The notes beneath the pieces are model-generated. The model was not told the origin of the DNA and searched no databases. It was given only the letters and a program-made list of their open reading frames with translations. A program made the position numbers and the translations under genes. This document shows, piece by piece, positions 62,457 through 64,000 of a stretch of 64,000 bases of DNA. The stretch comes from Polymyxa betae A26-41 (taxonomy: Eukaryota > Protista > Endomyxa: Phytomyxea). The stretch covers positions 339,526-403,525 of the forward strand of contig RBZT01000499.1 of NCBI GenBank assembly GCA_003693705.1. The letters run 5' to 3'. The stretch's first letter is position 1, and every line of letters begins with the position of its first letter.

Positions 62457-62777
62457 TTATAAGCGACGTAAGTTGTTCGACGTGAAAGTGAATACAGCCT
62501 GATTAGGACACTGGCTCTGCACACGGCCGATGAACTGATGTGCATCGCAACGCCCATCGTCGTTGGCTGGAAACTGAAAGAAGTAATTTGGAGCCAGATT
62601 CGGTACAACTACTGGAGCCCGCTTAGGTGATATTGGGGGCGGATATGCAGCAATTGCCTGTTGCAGATTTGGATCAAACGGCGGAATGAACTGGACATAG
62701 AACGGGTCAATCAAAGCTTGGATATCGGGATGAATTGAGGCATAGGCGGTTAAATCATTATCAATACCCTCGAGCAT
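62457..62777 (-). CDS. Hypothetical Pro-rich ORF, possibly part of a degenerate multi-exon gene extending to about 63300
   Basis: 106-aa ORF; upstream minus-strand segments contain stops. Confidence 0.3.
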   Translation of the reverse strand: MLEGIDNDLTAYASIHPDIQALIDPFYVQFIPPFDPNLQQAIAAYPPPISPKRAPVVVPNLAPNYFFQFPANDDGRCDAHQFIGRVQSQCPNQAVFTFTSNNLRRL

Positions 62778-63607
62778 GAGACATCCTATCTAAGCTTCAG
62801 AAGTCTAATCTCAGATCGGAATATCGAATTGCCCTTTCGGTCTTCTGGACTGCTTCTTCCATCGACCACACCATATCCAGACATGGCTTCCGCTAATGCC
62901 AAAACATCTTCATGTGGCCAGCTTTCAGCATTTCTCGATTTCAGTTTTTCAATGAAAGGTATAAGCCTTGATCCTGTTGGTCAGAAGGTGAGACCGAATA
63001 AAGATCGCGGCATTAGACTCAGACCTGGCAGAGCTTCGTTCTTCATTTTCTTATTCTGTTCCTGCATGGCCTCACTACTTGATGGATTCATGATCAGAAT
63101 CGTATGAATTATTCCAAGGACTAGTTCATTCATGTATATAATTTCAAATACGGATTGAAAATAAAAAAGCAGATCGCACCTTGGCATTAGCTGGAATATC
63201 ATGGACCTTCGCAATCTGTTGCAGTTTTCCGTCGGGAAAGTCCTTCAAGTGTCTATTTGTCCCTTATAACAGGAATCAATGACCAGAATGATATCGTTGC
63301 CAACGAGATTACGCGCACCAACGTCCGGGCTAGTACCGTTGCCGTCACGTTAACTCTGCAAATTTACAGTAGATGCAAAGTGCGTACGCAGGTTTGACGA
63401 GTTCGATAAGATGCACGATTACTTTTCGCCAAACGATATTGGGCGATTAATTTCTTCTGTTCGTCAAGACTCGGATTTTTAGGACATGTCTTCATCAGAT
63501 GATCTGAGGATTGGCACTTTAAGCAAGCAGTCCCAGCACGCGGCTTCTTTGATTCCCGATTAATCGTCGATTCGGCACGCGGACGTTTGCGTGATAACTG
63601 ATAGCTA

Positions 63608-63817
63608 TGTCAAGACAAGGGAGAGGAGGAATACGACGATACAAGACTAATCGTGTATTGAATAAGAGAAGGGAAAACAACAGGAAGACATTGCACCGGA
63701 GGTGCGTGGCAGACTAAATTATGTTATGGACTAAATTATGTTATGTTATGTCACTGTCAGTATTATGTTATGGACTAAATTATGTTATGTTATGTCACTG
63801 TCAGTCAGGACATGACA
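63608..63817 (-). mobile_element. 3' LTR (210 bp) of a Ty3/gypsy chromovirus
   Basis: TGTCA...TGACA termini; preceded on the minus strand by purine-rich GGTCGGGGACAA (63818-63829); internal tandem repeats at 63713-63805. Confidence 0.85.
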
Positions 63818-63999
63818 TTGTCCCCGACCGAATCGGAGAACATCTCTGGATGATGACGTTTACGCCAGTAGATCAGGATGGGGGTTTCGTCCAGGAAATT
63901 CTGAGCGGGCTCCCATGAGTCGTGGGAAGGGTCGAAGCCACGCCAACGAACTAGATATTCACGAGCTGAAGGAGATCCACGGTGCTTCAGGATCCGTTC
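63805..63999 (-). CDS. C-terminal chromodomain of LTR-retrotransposon Pol/integrase (partial, continues beyond the window)
   Basis: ERILKHRGSPSAREYLVRWRGFDPSHDSWEPAQNFLD...; open frame, absent from the ORF track. Confidence 0.9.
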   Translation of the reverse strand, partial: ERILKHRGSPSAREYLVRWRGFDPSHDSWEPAQNFLDETPILIYWRKRHHPEMFSDSVGDNVMS

Positions 64000-64000
64000 G

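Noticed and set aside
63713-63805. CRISPR-like array
   Set aside because: Repeats lack unique spacers, lie inside an LTR, and the context is eukaryotic with no cas genes; the same applies to 35958-36215 and 62366-62449

Overview
Compact, intron-rich eukaryotic genomic DNA with short (about 45-60 nt) GT-AG and occasional GC-AG introns and very short intergenic spacers. Ciliary genes, TTTTAGGG-like repeats and overall architecture are consistent with a flagellated protist such as a phytomyxid (inference only). About 30 protein-coding genes. Recognisable ones: TM9SF, membrane-anchored aspartic protease, SmG, TTC4/CNS1, COPB1, HSP20, AUH-like enoyl-CoA hydratase, mid-SUN protein, EF-hand protein, SMYD, CTC1, NAGK/BadF kinase, GH5 endoglycoceramidase, CFAP95-like, DRGH nuclease, DNAJB13-like, TH1-domain AGC kinase, GH38 alpha-mannosidase, LEA_2/TMEM106-like, IPK1, Munc13-homology protein and a CNBD K+ channel. 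Non-coding highlights: two dispersed U3 snoRNA genes whose flanks footprint a palindromic snRNA-type promoter; a fold-back tRNA-Arg(TCG)-derived locus behind a CRE+TATA motif; a TA-flanked pogo/mariner-type element with a nested 8-bp-TSD Merlin-like MITE; a hAT remnant; and the 3' end (chromodomain, PPT, LTR) of a chromovirus at the right edge. Exon boundaries and family calls were made by eye from recalled motifs; no searches were run.
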